Assembly (NCBI GenBank): GCA_013265495.1
Contig: MU058781.1
Span: forward strand, 724,963-788,962
Direction of reading: 5' to 3'
Source: Vicugna vicugna
Lineage: Eukaryota
DNA length: 64,000 nucleotides
This document shows, piece by piece, positions 24,701 through 37,330 of this stretch. Below the pieces are notes generated by a model. It did not search any database, was not told the DNA's origin, and saw only the letters and a program-made list of their open reading frames with translations. Both the position numbers and the translations under genes were made by a program. Each line of letters starts with the position of its first letter. Within the stretch, counting starts at the first letter, position 1.

Positions 24701-26214
24701 ATTGTTTATTAAAATTTGTTTCAAGAAAATCAATTCTTAGATTTTCAAATACAGAAATGTTTATTGAATCTGGTTTCAAGAAAATCTAATTTTAAACTAT
24801 GAAATTATTTCACATGCCCTTCATTGAGCTACTCATTTGGGCTTATTTGCATATTTATTTTTGTTAGTCTTAGTTCAAAAGTAAACTTTTGGAAAGAGCA
24901 ATCATAATATCTGTACTTTGTTTTGTTTTGTTTTTATTAAAGGAAAGGGTGAGTTGTATCTTTCATATCCATTCATTTGCTCAGGAATATTTTAAGGACT
25001 AAAAGCTTACCTATGATACAATGACGATGTATTCTTTTACTTACACCTAAGTAAAATGGGACACATGAATGACCTAGTGTAAGCCTCGAATCGACAATTG
25101 GCACCAAGAATATTTTATAATATTGAATTTTTTGTCTACAAAATAAAATCCACCCAAATTAAGTGGTTTCTGTTTGTCTCCTTTTCTCACTGAACTGACT
25201 GATTTTTTAAAGTTTTGCTTGAAATTATAGCTTTGCTCATGTTCTGAATCGATCAAGTCTTAAACTACTTGTTCAGCTTTCAATAAAGTGAAGCTGAGTA
25301 TGGTAACAGCCGATCAGGGTACTTAGAACACTGTTACAGCCAGATTCTGGTTCAGTGTTTAAAAATTACTTTTTAGCTGATGACTAAATGTCTTGATTAT
25401 CACTTGTAGTGAATATTAAAATTCTAATTTTAAAATTTGAATATTTTAAACATGTAATTAAAATGTAGTAGACATATCAGTAGGAGCTCATATCGTAGGT
25501 AATTTTTTTTCTTTATAATCCAGCCACAGTATCCTTCTATTTGTATTCACTTATTCCTTTTTTAAGTTCAAATCAAAGAAGGAAATAAGAAGAATCAGGA
25601 CCTCTCAGAGAATAGAGAAATAGACCTCATGACAGATATCAAGGGGGGAAACTTACCTGGTTTTCCTCGGTGCACCTAATGGACCTTTGAAACGGTGTTA
25701 TCTCTTTTGGTTATAAAATATTAATTCCGCACAGACCAAAATGGGCAGTGAGAACCCATATCTCAAGAACTGAAAATTTATAATTTATGATAATTTTTTG
25801 TTTACTGTAATTATTTTTTGAAACAGACTGTTTGGAATCATTTGGTGTTAAAGTTGGAAAAACCCACTGGAAATCAGCCCAATCCCTCAGAGTGAGAGGA
25901 GTCTAAAAACACTAAGAAATATGTATTATTTCTCAGCATATGTATAAATTCACACTGAGAGTCTGTATTAGGCTCATGTAGATGATTCTGATCTTTGAAC
26001 TATACTTTTTATCTCTATTATTATATTATCATAACATTCTGAAGTTTTGAAACACCGAAAAACCAAGTAACTGCTTACATTTTCAGTCAATCAATCATTA
26101 AGTTATAAAATTCATGCACAATTCAGCAGAATTTGTCAGTCAGTTTTTTAAGTGTTAAACTTACTATACTTTAAGTCAATGTAATTCAACTAATAATTAT
26201 TGAGCCAGTATGGA

Positions 26215-26390
26215 GGTCCAGTTGAAGTGGATTCCAGAGACAGATTGTCTCGTTTAAATTTTGGCTTAACCACTTACTAACTTACGTGACAGTTTTTTGA
26301 GCTGTGAAATAGAAAGACTAGTAGCAATTTACTCATATTGCTGATGTGAAGGTTAAAAGAAATAATACGCATAAAGCATTTAGGTGAATT
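26215..26390 (+). mobile_element. MIR SINE
   Basis: GGATTCCAGAGACAGATTGTCTCGTTTAAAT...CCACTTACTAACTTACGTGAC...TGTGAAGGTTAAAAGAAATAATACGCATAAAGCATTTAG. Confidence 0.75.
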
Positions 26391-26404
26391 CCTAAAAGTC
26401 CTTC

Positions 26405-28245
26405 AGCTAATATTGTATTCACTGGTGAAGATACGAAGGCTTTTCTCCTGAGATCAGGAGTGGGACAGGGGTGTCCTCTCTCACCGCTTCTATTCAGCAT
26501 TGTGCTGGAGGTTCCAGTCAGGAAATTAGTGAGGGAAAAGAAATAAAGGTATTCATACTGGAAAAGAAAATGTAAAACTATCTTTATTTGTGCAACACAC
26601 GATCTTCTGTGTAAAAGAGCCTAAGGAATCCCTTTAAAAAAAATTGCTAGAAGTAATAAACAAATTCAGCAAGGTTGTAGGAAATAAGACCGGTATTCAA
26701 AATATCAAATTCATTTTTATATACTAGTAGTAGATATTCCAAAAGTGGAATTAAGAAATAATCCCATTCACAGTAGCATCAATAAAATAAAATATTGAGG
26801 ATACAGTTTAACAAAACAAAGACAAGACTTGCAAGCTAAAAGGTACAAAACATTGTGGAGAGAAATTAAAGAAAAATTTAAATAAAAATAGAAAGACATC
26901 CTGTGTTTATGGTTTGGAAGACAATATTGTTAACATGACAATCCTCCTAAAATGGTTGCACAGATTAAATGCAGTCCTCATCACCAGTACGTGCCTGTTT
27001 TGCATAGTGGAAAAGCTGATTCTAAATTTCATATAGAAATGCGAAGAGCCCAGAATGGCCAAAACAAATTCTTGAAAAAGAATAACAAAGTTGGACTTCT
27101 CAATTTCAAAACTTACTACAAAGCTACCATAATCAAGACAATGTGGTAATGGTAAAAATACAGAAATACATACCAGTATTGGCGAAAGAACAGAAATATT
27201 TATCAGTACAATTCAGAGTCCAGAAGTAAACCCTTGCATTTATGGTTAATTGATTTCAACAAAGTGCCAAGAGTATTCAGTGAGAGAAAGAGTCTTTTCA
27301 ATAAATAATGCTGGGTAAACTAGATGTTCATATGCAGAGCAATTAGCTTGGATCCTTATCTCACACCGTATAAAAAGTTAACTCAAAATGAATCATAGAT
27401 CAGAGCTAAAACAGAAAATTTCCAGAAGAAAACAAACAAACAAAAATTGTCATGATCTTTGGTTAGGCAGAGTGTTATTAGATGTGACACCAAAGCCATA
27501 CAAAAAATTGATTAATTGGGTTTTATTAAACTTCAAACAATCTGTGTTACAAACATCAAAATTTTAAAAAAAAAATTAAGACACAGCCTACAGATTAGGA
27601 GAAAATACTTGCAAAATATTTATACAGTAAGAGACCTTTGTCCAAACAAATAAAGAACTCTTATAATTAACAAGGTAGATAATCCAATTTTAAAAATGGA
27701 AAAAAATGATTTTAATAAATGTTGATCCAAAGATGTACAAAGACCAGTAAACATGAAGATGATAAACATCATTAGTCACTGGGAAATGCAAACCAAAACC
27801 ACAATAAGATAGCAGTTCACACTCACTAGGATTGCTGTAATCAAAAAGACAGGCAGTAGTAAGTGTTGGGAAAGATGTAGAGAAACTTTTTTAGAAACTT
27901 CATGCATCCTGGGGGAATGTAAAATGGGGCAGCCACTTTAGAAAACAGTTTGGCAATTTCTCAAATGTTAAATAATAGAGTTAACACATGACCATGCAAT
28001 TTGACTCCCAGCTATTCACCTAAAAATGGTTTAAAATGTATGCACACAAGAACTTTTACAGCAATGTTCATGGTAGTGTTATTTGTAATATCCTAAAAGT
28101 GAAAAGAATTTAAATATCCATCAAATGATGAATGAATTACAAAATGAGTGTTCATACAAAGGAATACTATTCGGCAACATAAAGAAAGAAGTACTCAGAT
28201 ATGCCACAACATTGGATTAGCATTGAAAGCATTAAGTGAAGTGAA
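26405..28245 (+). mobile_element. 5'-truncated, decayed L1 (L1M-type): ORF2 reverse transcriptase to C-terminus
   Basis: From 26406 it translates as ANIVFTGEDTKAFLLRSGVGQGCPLSPLLFSIVLEV (L1 RT motif QGCPLSPLLF). ORF 26952-27149 ends KKNNKVGLLNFKTYYKATIIKTMW (L1 ORF2). The FADD motif is destroyed and there are many stops and frameshifts. Confidence 0.97.
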
Positions 28246-28969
28246 GGACGTTAAAATTTAAAAGACAGGAAACTAATGGAAAACTTAGGGTTTGGTTTTT
28301 TTGTTTGTTTTGCTTTTCACTATCCCTACCCAGGAGTACTCTGACAACCTACAGAAACTGTCTCATCCCCTTGGCAGTATTGGGTCAGGGTAAAGGAAGC
28401 TTCCAGAATACCTTGATAGGTTATATCTTTATCTTTTTTGCTTCTATACCCACCAAGCAATTTACTGCTTATGACAACCATGTGTGATTGATTACAAGAA
28501 AAGATCACAGCTTAAACAAACATTCTCTGTTAGCCTGTTAGTTTGTTCTTTCTCATTTTAACCTAATAAATTGGGATCCTAGGTTATACTTACGGCTTTT
28601 GTGGCTTCCAGTTAACATAAATCTAGTCACTTGTACCTGGGATATTGAAAAAGAAATCTTGTCTCTGGTTCTGCAAAGCTGAGATTTAGGTAATACTGTG
28701 ATGAATTCACAAAAGAATTTTCTGCTTATGATATCTGAGTGAAAATACCGCTTTCCCTACATGCTACCCCTCTGCATTCTGTGCACTGGATGTCTTTGGA
28801 ATTAAAACATTTTTTAAAATATGTCTTCAAATAATTTTCAGATGATTCACATACTGGAGAAAAAAAAATGACTTTTTGATTGTTCTCCAAAGTCCACTTC
28901 ATTCTTACCTGAGTATCTGCTTAGTTTTTCTTTTGCATCTCTATCCCCTTTTGATTCATCAAAGAGAAA

Positions 28970-29460
28970 AAGAGATACTGTACTGAGAATCAAGAAACTT
29001 AGGTCTCCTAATCATAGCTCAGAAAATAACTTGGCTGTAACATAGTCTTTATGGAACTTAGTTATTTTATAAGTAAAATGAGAACTCAAAGTAATCAATG
29101 ATGCCCAAAACTGGCAGTACATCAGATTTTCCAGGAGAGCTTTAAGAACGCAGATAGGTAGGTAGATAAGGTAGACGGATAGAGAGAAAGGAAGGAAGGA
29201 AGAAGGAGGAAGGTGTAGCTATATTTTCTATGTTTCTCTGTCTACCTACAGAGAATACGGAGGTGATAAATACAGAGATAAGGACATAAACGTAGACGCA
29301 TAGCCATCTCTCACCATTACCCAGGCACACTAAGTGAAAACTCTGGGAACAGGGTTCAGGGGTCCACATTTAAAAGAGCAGCCCAGCTGCTGCTTATGCT
29401 TAGCCAAGTCTGAGAATCTCTGGGCTTCGTGATTTCTTAGATTCCCTTCAGTTCTCTGAT
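28970..29460 (+). mobile_element. MIR3-like SINE interrupted by a MER5-type hAT MITE that carries a purine-rich microsatellite
   Basis: MIR-like 5' part and core at 28970-29090. MER5-like ends CAATGATGCCCAAAACTGGC and GCCAAGTCTGAGAATCTCTG. MIR3-like tail GATTTCTTAGATTCCCTTCAGTTCT. Confidence 0.7.
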
Positions 29461-30324
29461 TTTGTCTTTTTGTTTCGTTGGTTTTATCCAACAAGTGTCT
29501 TTAAGCTGGCCCTGTAAAGGATCTGATCTCTTATTGTCTTCTTTTCCTTTTATCAACCTGTTCCCCTCTGATTCCCCTAATCAGTATGGGATATAATACA
29601 AATCTCTTGGCAAACCTCGCATTCCAAATTTCAGCCCCTCCTCTTTTGCCGAGGCAGGGGTCCTTATCTAAGTTTTTCTCGCCATTTGAATTGCAGTATT
29701 GACCCTTCCGATGTCCTCCTGTTTGCACAGTTAACTGACTGCAGCTGTACAAAATGCTGACACCAGACTTCTACTGTCGTATCACATGGAACACATACAT
29801 AACTCCACTTCTGCTTTATTAAACCGCTTGCCAATCAGATTACAAATTTTGCTTCGAGGCCTTTCATCCTGCCAATCTCTTCTGAATCTATTTTCTCTGA
29901 TGTGCGAGCACCTATCACAGCCCAGGTGGCTGGCCAGCCAGTGGGTGCTGATTTTCATTCCAAAGACTTGTAGACCAAGTCTATATTCTTGAAGGTATAT
30001 GTTCACCAGCAGGGGGTTGCATAACAGTGGAAATTCCAAGGTAACCCCAAAGCCTCCTGTTAATCAAGAATTGCAAACTACCTGCCTACCAAACCAGCAT
30101 GGCTAATTTGCATATTATCCCTTATAATCACTTTATTAACTCCTGTCCACCCTCTGGTGTAGTGGAGGTGCTAATGAGCGGTGACTTGAGTTAGACATGG
30201 GAAGTACAGGGCATCGAGAAACACAATAGTTAGTCCCCAAATAATGGAAACTGGAAAAGGGTTTACACTTCCACACTCTTTCCTCATTGCTGCAGCTTTA
30301 CTTCTAATTGAAGACAACAAAGAT

Positions 30325-30500
30325 ACTCAGTTACATTCAACGAATACTCATTCAGCATCCACTGATGGTCAGACCCACGCCCAGTGCTGTCCAGTTACAT
30401 GGAGAAGCAAAACACATCACCTGTTCTGCACACTAAGGGGTGGTCACTATAGGAAGAAGGATGAGACGCATAAACTAATGCTTTTAATCTGAGATATGAT
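30325..30500 (-). mobile_element. L2 fragment
   Basis: CATTCAACGAATACTCATTCAGCATCCACTGATGGTCAGACCCACGC, a degenerate antisense L2 tail. Confidence 0.55.
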
Positions 30501-30753
30501 GTGGACATTTCTCAGTTCCTTACTGCCCAACATTTTTTTTCTAGAATTTAACAAAGTGAGTTATATAAGCCTAAATGTATGCGATCTAAGAGTGTTAATA
30601 CAGACTAATGTATTCAGTGGCATGGCCAATATAGAATGATTTAATTTGTAACTTTTTTTCACAGAACAGTCTCGTCAGCTGTGTGGATAGATAGATAGAT
30701 CGATAGAATTTATGCAGGTTATAGATATAGATATATGGATATACTGATACCTT

Positions 30754-30915
30754 TTACCATCATCCAGGCACACAAGGAAGTACTCTGGGAATAAGGCCCA
30801 GGGATCTGTATTTAAAGCAGATCGTTTCTGTGCCTAGTCGTTTCTTATGCTTCGCCAAGTCTGAGAATCCCTGGACTTGATGATTTCTTAGATCCCCTCA
30901 GTTCTTAAATTCTAT
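30754..30915 (+). mobile_element. MER5-type 3' half plus MIR3-like tail (paralog of 29311-29455)
   Basis: CTCTGGGAATAAGGCCCAGGGATCTGTATTT...GCCAAGTCTGAGAATCCCTGGACTTGATGATTTCTTAGATCCCCTCAGTTCT. Confidence 0.75.
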
Positions 30916-31911
30916 TCTACATCAGGCGTAATAATTATGCATTCAAAAACTTGGAGAAATTTTGAAGTTTTAAAAGTGATGATCAGTAGTTTTCCCTTGG
31001 GTCTGCTAACAAATATAGAACCAGAGTTGGAGAGCCCAGAAGTATGCCTCTGAGTTCGGAGAAGGTAGTAAAATGTATTCCTACTCTAATGAACGCACAT
31101 ACTGTTACCACTATGAACATGAGGCGGCAGAAGCTAAAACGTAAAGGTTATAGGTCAACGTCAACAGTCCTAATAGCAAAAAAGAGAGTAGGAGCTTTCA
31201 CGTAGGAATTTCACCGCTTGAATATGTTAAATGAAAAGAACACAGCCAGTGGTTCTACTTGAACAGTTAACACAGTATTTGGAAAAACAAGTAAATGTTT
31301 AAAAACATGTTGCTTTTAAAATTACCCTAAGACATTTTTATACAACAGTAATGATTGAACTTTAATTAATATTAACTCATATAATGCTGTTTTAAATTAA
31401 TTTCCTCACATGTGCCACCAAAAATAAGCCTGATATTCAAAAGTGTACCACAACATCCAAAAAAAAAAAAAACCAAAAACGAGAGCTCCTGGTAGAAGAC
31501 ACACACGAAGGACATGTACACGAATGGCCATGTTAAAACAACTTTTAAAGTTAAGTGAATATAGTAACAATGTTCTCATTCTAAAATTGGCCTATAAAGG
31601 CCCTTAATGGAGCTAGGTCTTGACTCCAAAAAATACATTAATTAACCATGCGTGTGTTTCTTGGTGCTCTGGATTTCCAAGAGTGTCTTTCCACTGACAG
31701 TGCACTTCAATTACTCAATACAGTGGAAAGTTAAATTTTTGTCCACATCTGGAGCTTTGATACAGCTTATGAAAGTCTGTGAAGTTCATTATCAGGTTTT
31801 GCTACTTGCCCTTAATTGCAGGAACCCTACGGGGTTTCCCACATTACTATTCAAGGGTATTTACCACTGCCTGTTTCTCATACCAGTTGTAATGCATCAA
31901 AATTTGCATCC

Positions 31912-32748
31912 GTGATATTAGGATATAATAAGAAATATATATTTAAACTTTACCCTCAGTTTTATAATTTCCTGACTGATAGGAGCATCTTTGGATATAA
32001 ATTTGGTCTTAGTTCCCCATTCTTAACATAAGAGTTTCTGAGACTTTTGGAATCTCTGGAGAGACAATAGATTCTTTTCGTATGCTATTGAAGTCACTGG
32101 CATCTGGGGGGCCCTGAATGCCTTCAGGATGGGGGCTGATCACCAGATTGGAGAACTGAAGCTCCCAGTCCCACCCCAACCTCTGGGAAGTTGAGAGGGG
32201 CTGGAATTGGCCCCTGGAGTTAATCACCAGGGGCCAATTATTTAACCGATCACATCTGTGTCATGAAACCCCTAAAACTCCTAGAACAAAACCCCTAAAC
32301 TGTAAGGTTCAGAGAGCCTCCAAGTCAGTAAACATGTCAAGGTGCTTGGAGAGGGGTATGCCCAGAGGGCACACCTGTTTCTTCCCCCATGTCCTTGCTT
32401 TACACATCTCTTCCATTTTGCTTTTCCTGAGTTGTATGCTTTGTAATAAACCAGTAGCTGTAAGTGAATAGTTCTCCTGAGTTCTGTGAGCTGTTCTAGC
32501 AAATTATCAAACCCCAGAAGAGGGTCACGGGAACCCCTGATTTATAGGGGGTAGATGAGAAGCATAGAAGGCCTGGGTGTTTGAAGTAGGGGCAGTCTTG
32601 GGAGACTCAACCCTCATCCTGTGGGTTCTGCACTGATTCTTGGTAGTGTCAGAATTGAGCCGTATTGAAGGATACAGAGTTGGAGAATTGATTGGTGATG
32701 GGAGAAAATCCCCACACATTTGATGTCAGTGTTCTGTGGGCAGAAACA
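31912..32748 (+). mobile_element. MER21-family solo LTR
   Basis: Start GTGATATTAGGATATAATAAGAAATATATATT, then CTTCAGGATGGGGGCTG, the poly(A)-signal block AATAAACCAGTA...TCCTGAGTTCTGTGAGCTGTTCTAGCAAATTATCAAACCC, AGTGTCAGAATTGA and CCCCACACATTTGATGTCAG...CA. Confidence 0.9.
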
Positions 32749-32934
32749 GAATATAGCATCCCCTTTGGACCTGCTTGGAGAACATTCCTTCATTCTCATC
32801 AGGTACCACTGACTGGTATAGCTATTCCCCTGGTTGATATAACCTCCAGCAGAAATGAAGAGGAGAAAGCCACTGTTACATATTTCTTTCTCCAAGCTGT
32901 AGAAAATTAGACCAGATATTTTCTCTCATCATTG

Positions 32935-33070
32935 ATGACTTCATTACTTAATTCAACAAACATGTGTTGAGTGTCTGATCTACGCGAGGTGATATCTGTC
33001 GTAATCAGATGTCGCGATGGGCAGGACAAACAGGTCTCTGATCTCACAAAGCTTAGAGTCTAGTGAGTGG
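32935..33070 (-). mobile_element. L2 3' fragment
   Basis: ATTCAACAAACATGTGTTGAGTGTCTG...CTCTGATCTCACAAAGCTTAGAGTCTAGTG. Confidence 0.75.
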
Positions 33071-36000
33071 AGCCATTCTCGTTATGCCAGAGCATCTCCA
33101 TTCTATATCATGTCTGAGACTTGGATACCCATGAATTTCTACAGGGCTCTGGGTAATCCATTCACCTGCACCTTCCTTAGCAAAGCATGCCCATCCTCTC
33201 CCTCCTTGGTGCCAAGCATTCTCCAAGCAGCTTCAGCAAAAAATAACTCGTTCAGTTCTTTACCTCCAGTACTACCCCTGCTTGTTAGTGCTTATAGAGC
33301 TGAAATCTGCATTGTTTATCAACAGGAAAATAAAGAAACCGAAGAGAGGGTGCTTGTTCACATGTCAGATGTCTATTAGATACACCCCCACATACCCACT
33401 AAAAACAAAATTGCCCCTTTGATGAGTACACAAAATATCCAGAGAAAGCAGAGTTCAGAATATTTGTGTATTTTTTAATCTTTTGGCAATATTTAATCTA
33501 AATTTTTTAGTGTCTTCCTTGAGTTTCAGGAAAATGGAGCTATAATCATTATCCTGTAAATAATTTCTTCATGTACTAAAAGTGAAGATTAAAGCTTTTT
33601 TTCCAAATTTGATAATTCCTATTTAAATGGTTCTTCCGTACACTCAAGATCACAGAACATTTTTTTACTGTAGATATATATTGCCAACGAAAAATTTCCT
33701 AGTGTAGACACCTAAAACAAATTATCTTTGAAAGAATCCCTTGGCCAGGGAGAACATCGCTGTTTCCCGGGGTCTTTATTCCAATGGCACTTATCCCTCG
33801 AGTCCTAAACCTTTTGTCACTTTCCTTGCTTCTCTGTGGTCACCTAATACATCTTCCCAGCTGGGCAGAGTAGACCTGAGCCCCATATTCTGCTCTGGGA
33901 CTGAATGATTAAGTGATGAAGCTGAGGGTTACCTGGTAGGTCTCCATGAGTATCGCCAAACGGACAGTCTATTGTCAGAACAGTGTAAAAGGCTTCCAGC
34001 GTTAACCAGAATTGGAAAACACAGAACAAATACACGTTATCTGGATGTTTTGCTTCACTATTCATATCTTTGTTTACTTTGTTTGATATCTTTCTTTGGT
34101 TTTGTTTGTTTGTTTATTCAGATCTCTCCTATGTTTATTTTCTGGTCCCTGTGGGGCGGAGGTGGAGAGCATTGCTGTCCATCTCCTTGTAGACTGGAGT
34201 TCCACGTGCCCTTGGACTCCACAGTGAACTCCATGGGGACATTGAAAGTGTGAAAAGCAAACCTTGGTCACTTTACCTTGACAAGTGTAAATGGCTTTAG
34301 GGAGCAGAACAAAGACTATGGTTCTGTTTTGAGGAAACAGAGAGTAGAAGACTAAACAAGACAAGAGAGAAGTTCCTGAAAAAAAGAAGTATCTTTCACT
34401 CCTAGAAGGAAGTGCTTTGATTCAGGTTAGTCATTCTTACGGTGACACTGGACTGCTCTCCAGCCCCACTCTTGAGTGGTCATAGGTACACAAGACACTG
34501 CACACATCTGCTCCTTGAAGGATGCATTGCTCAGCATCATGCAAATTGAACATGGGGTGCTCCCAGGAATCAGGATTTCTCTCCCAAAGGACAGCAGGTT
34601 TGATGCGTAAAGCTGGGAAGGTTCTGGTGAGATTGATGGTTCAGCTCAGAACTCTGGCATTTGGATTAAAGCAGCACAGAAATGAATCTTGTATTTGACA
34701 TTTAAAAAGGAGGCTTTTCTGCTGCCCGTAGTTCCCTAAATCACCCCAAAAGGAACTGCCGTGACAGAACGGCGTGAGAAATCACTTTCCATTTGTTTCT
34801 CTACTTTCCCACATTATGGCCAATGAATTGAGACTGAGAGTCATTACATACTTGGTGTCACGGTGACACACACACTAGTGAAGCAATTCGCAAATACTAA
34901 CGATTGTTCCCTTTTTTATGGATGTAATAGCAAAATTTGATTTGCCAACCACATCCACTGGGATCTTTAAGAAAGCATAACATTTGAAATGGCTTTCCTC
35001 CTTCTTACTGAATATGTGTATGTCTTTGGTTCTTTTTGAGAAATAGGGCAAGCAGTAGACAGGCATGAACTGCTATGATTTGAATGTTGAAAAAAAACTT
35101 TCAGTGAGTCTAATGGAATGTTTCATGTGAACACATTTAGAGTCTTTACTCTGAAATGAAGCAGTGTATCATATTGATAGTTACATTTCTAAATCCCCAC
35201 ACGTTCAAGAGCCATTAATACTTGAGTCCAATATTTTTATTAAATTTAGTAAGATAATTTTCACTCAGAATTTTAGAATGGAAAATTTTTCAGTTGTTTT
35301 CTACAAAAAGTTACAGGTACTTAAAAGGACAAAATATTCTTTCAAATGCCATGGATTTGAGTTTTCAATAATGATGAACAAAAATAATAATGATGATGAT
35401 TAACAGATTAGAGAATGTTAAAGTGCAATCATTTATCTCTGATTAGGTTATTGAAGACAATTCTTGTTGCCCTTACAAATGCTTCGATTTGTAGCTCTTC
35501 TTCCAGGAAGTCATACTTACAATTAAGTCAGTAGTAAAATTGTCAATCCAAAATGATATTCTTTATCAATGACTATTCAAATAATGTTATAGAATATATA
35601 TGTGGGTGTGTATCACTTGAAGAATCTAAAATAAATGATTACATTCTTGAACCAAAAAAATACTGATGTAAAAAACATACTTGAAATTGGTACTGTACCT
35701 GAAAAGATTGACTGTCTGTTTAACATAGCTTTAAGGCAACTAGATGAAAATAAATAGGTAAAAATATGTTCACCCAGTAGCCTTCTCTTGGGTTCCTCTG
35801 TGTTTCATGAATTGAAACCTCTTTAACACCTCCTTCAATATACACAGCAGCTCCTCATTCCACATCGTGTTCCCTGTTTCCTCATGTCGTGCCTAAATTA
35901 TTCATTCACTTCATGAATAGAAAGAAAACCTCTTGTACTAAAGCACTTTTGATTTCTAAAAAATTAAAAACTTTCCTTTTCTCGATAAATGTCTTTGGGT

Positions 36001-36169
36001 TGTGCTTTCATGTTAGGGCGGTGCTGCCCTGGACGTGCACGGCGATTATGCTTCTTCACACCTCATTTAAGTTATTCATACATTTCATTGTCACCTCATT
36101 AAGATATGTGGCTATCTTCTATCAAAAAGAGAACACCTTTATTGAAATATTTATTTTATGATCAGTATG

Positions 36170-37330
36170 ATCTGGTTATTATGTTAGGTGCTGTATATTC
36201 AGAGAAGAAAAATGACATAGTCCCTCTTCCTCAGAGTCTGTAGACTTGTGGGGAGTCAGGCAACTAAACCGTCCTGGGAGATGGAGGCAGATGCTAGAAG
36301 AGAGATAGGCATAGTGTGCTCTGAGGGTATGGAGCCAGAGTGGCCAACTCTGGTAGGAGACTAGTGAAAGATGCATGAAAGAGACCGGATGTCAACTGAT
36401 TCTGAAGGGTGAGTCAGCGGTGGGGTATTTGGGGATGGCAGTCAAAACAAAGAGTGTTCCACATAAAAGGAAAATTTCAGAATTGCAGTTCTGTCTGGCA
36501 TGTCCTTGTATTCTTGCAAGAAAGAAGACTGAAAGGCAGTGAAAGGAAGAAAGGAATTAATGTTCAATATGTAGGCAGGGCTCAGATCATGAAATATCAT
36601 GCGTGCTAAGCTCAGGTTTAGGGATGAAAGAAGGAAAGAAAGGGAGGGAGGGAGAGGGGAAGGAAGGAAGGAGAACGAGAAAGAAGGAGAGAAAAAGAGA
36701 GAGAGAGGGAGAAAGCAGGCAGCTATGTAAAGTTTCTGAGTAGCAAAATCAAAAGGAAAAATCAATTTAGACTGCACATCCTGGGAATTAGAGGAAGACA
36801 GGGACCAGACTTTGAAAAAATAGTCAGGAGGTTGCTGCATAATCCGGTGGCCGTGGGGCTGCTGATGGAGGACAGAGCTGAGAGGTATTAGGAAAATTGA
36901 ATCCACATCCACAGATGTAATCTGGATTTTAAGGGAGACTAAACCAAGATATATGCCTGCCTGTATTTGTCCTTGTACATCTTAAAGGATGTTTATTCTG
37001 TTCAGTGGCATGGGTGAAAAGAATTTGATGGCAGAACATAGGGTGAGGGTGGAGATCAGCTCCTCCATGTTGAATTAGTGCCAAGACCTTCACAGGGAGC
37101 TACTCAGGATGTTGAATATATGGGTTTGGGGCTAAGAAGAAAGATTTAGAAGCTTAGAATTGAGAGGCACTATTTCAAGCTATACGGAAAAAAAAAATAA
37201 GGTTTCCAAGGAAAAATGTGTAGTGAAAAGGTAAGAAGCCTGAGTATAGAAATCTGTGGAACATAAATTTGTAAGGTGATGATGAAAGATCCTGGCTAAG
37301 TGGCTAGAAATAAAACCAGAAGAAACCTGT
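36170..37330 (-). mobile_element. L2 fragments with an internal purine-rich tract
   Basis: GACATAGTCCCTCTTCCTCAGAGTCTGTAGACTTGTGGG, GTAGGCAGGGCTCAGATCATG, GTCAGGAGGTTGCTGCATAATCCGG and GATGTTGAATATATGGGTTTGG. A GGAA/GGGA tract lies at 36625-36715. Confidence 0.7.

Noticed and set aside
25651..25700. Minus-strand CAG|GTAAGT donor with a collagen-like GPLGAP reading
   Set aside because: The Gly-X-Y frame breaks before the donor, there is no good polypyrimidine acceptor, and there are no sister exons.
3345..28915. Several strong minus-strand donor motifs (about 3352, 5925, 19185, 25653, 28906) as exons of one transcript
   Set aside because: A handful of such short motifs is expected by chance in 64 kb, and the candidates I translated gave no recognisable peptide. 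A lncRNA cannot be excluded without RNA-seq.
34196..34232. Hairpin as a pre-miRNA
   Set aside because: The stem is too short and imperfect, and no known mature miRNA sequence was recognised.
36442..36912. 156-aa ORF
   Set aside because: It runs through L2 remnants and a pyrimidine microsatellite that lacks stop codons.
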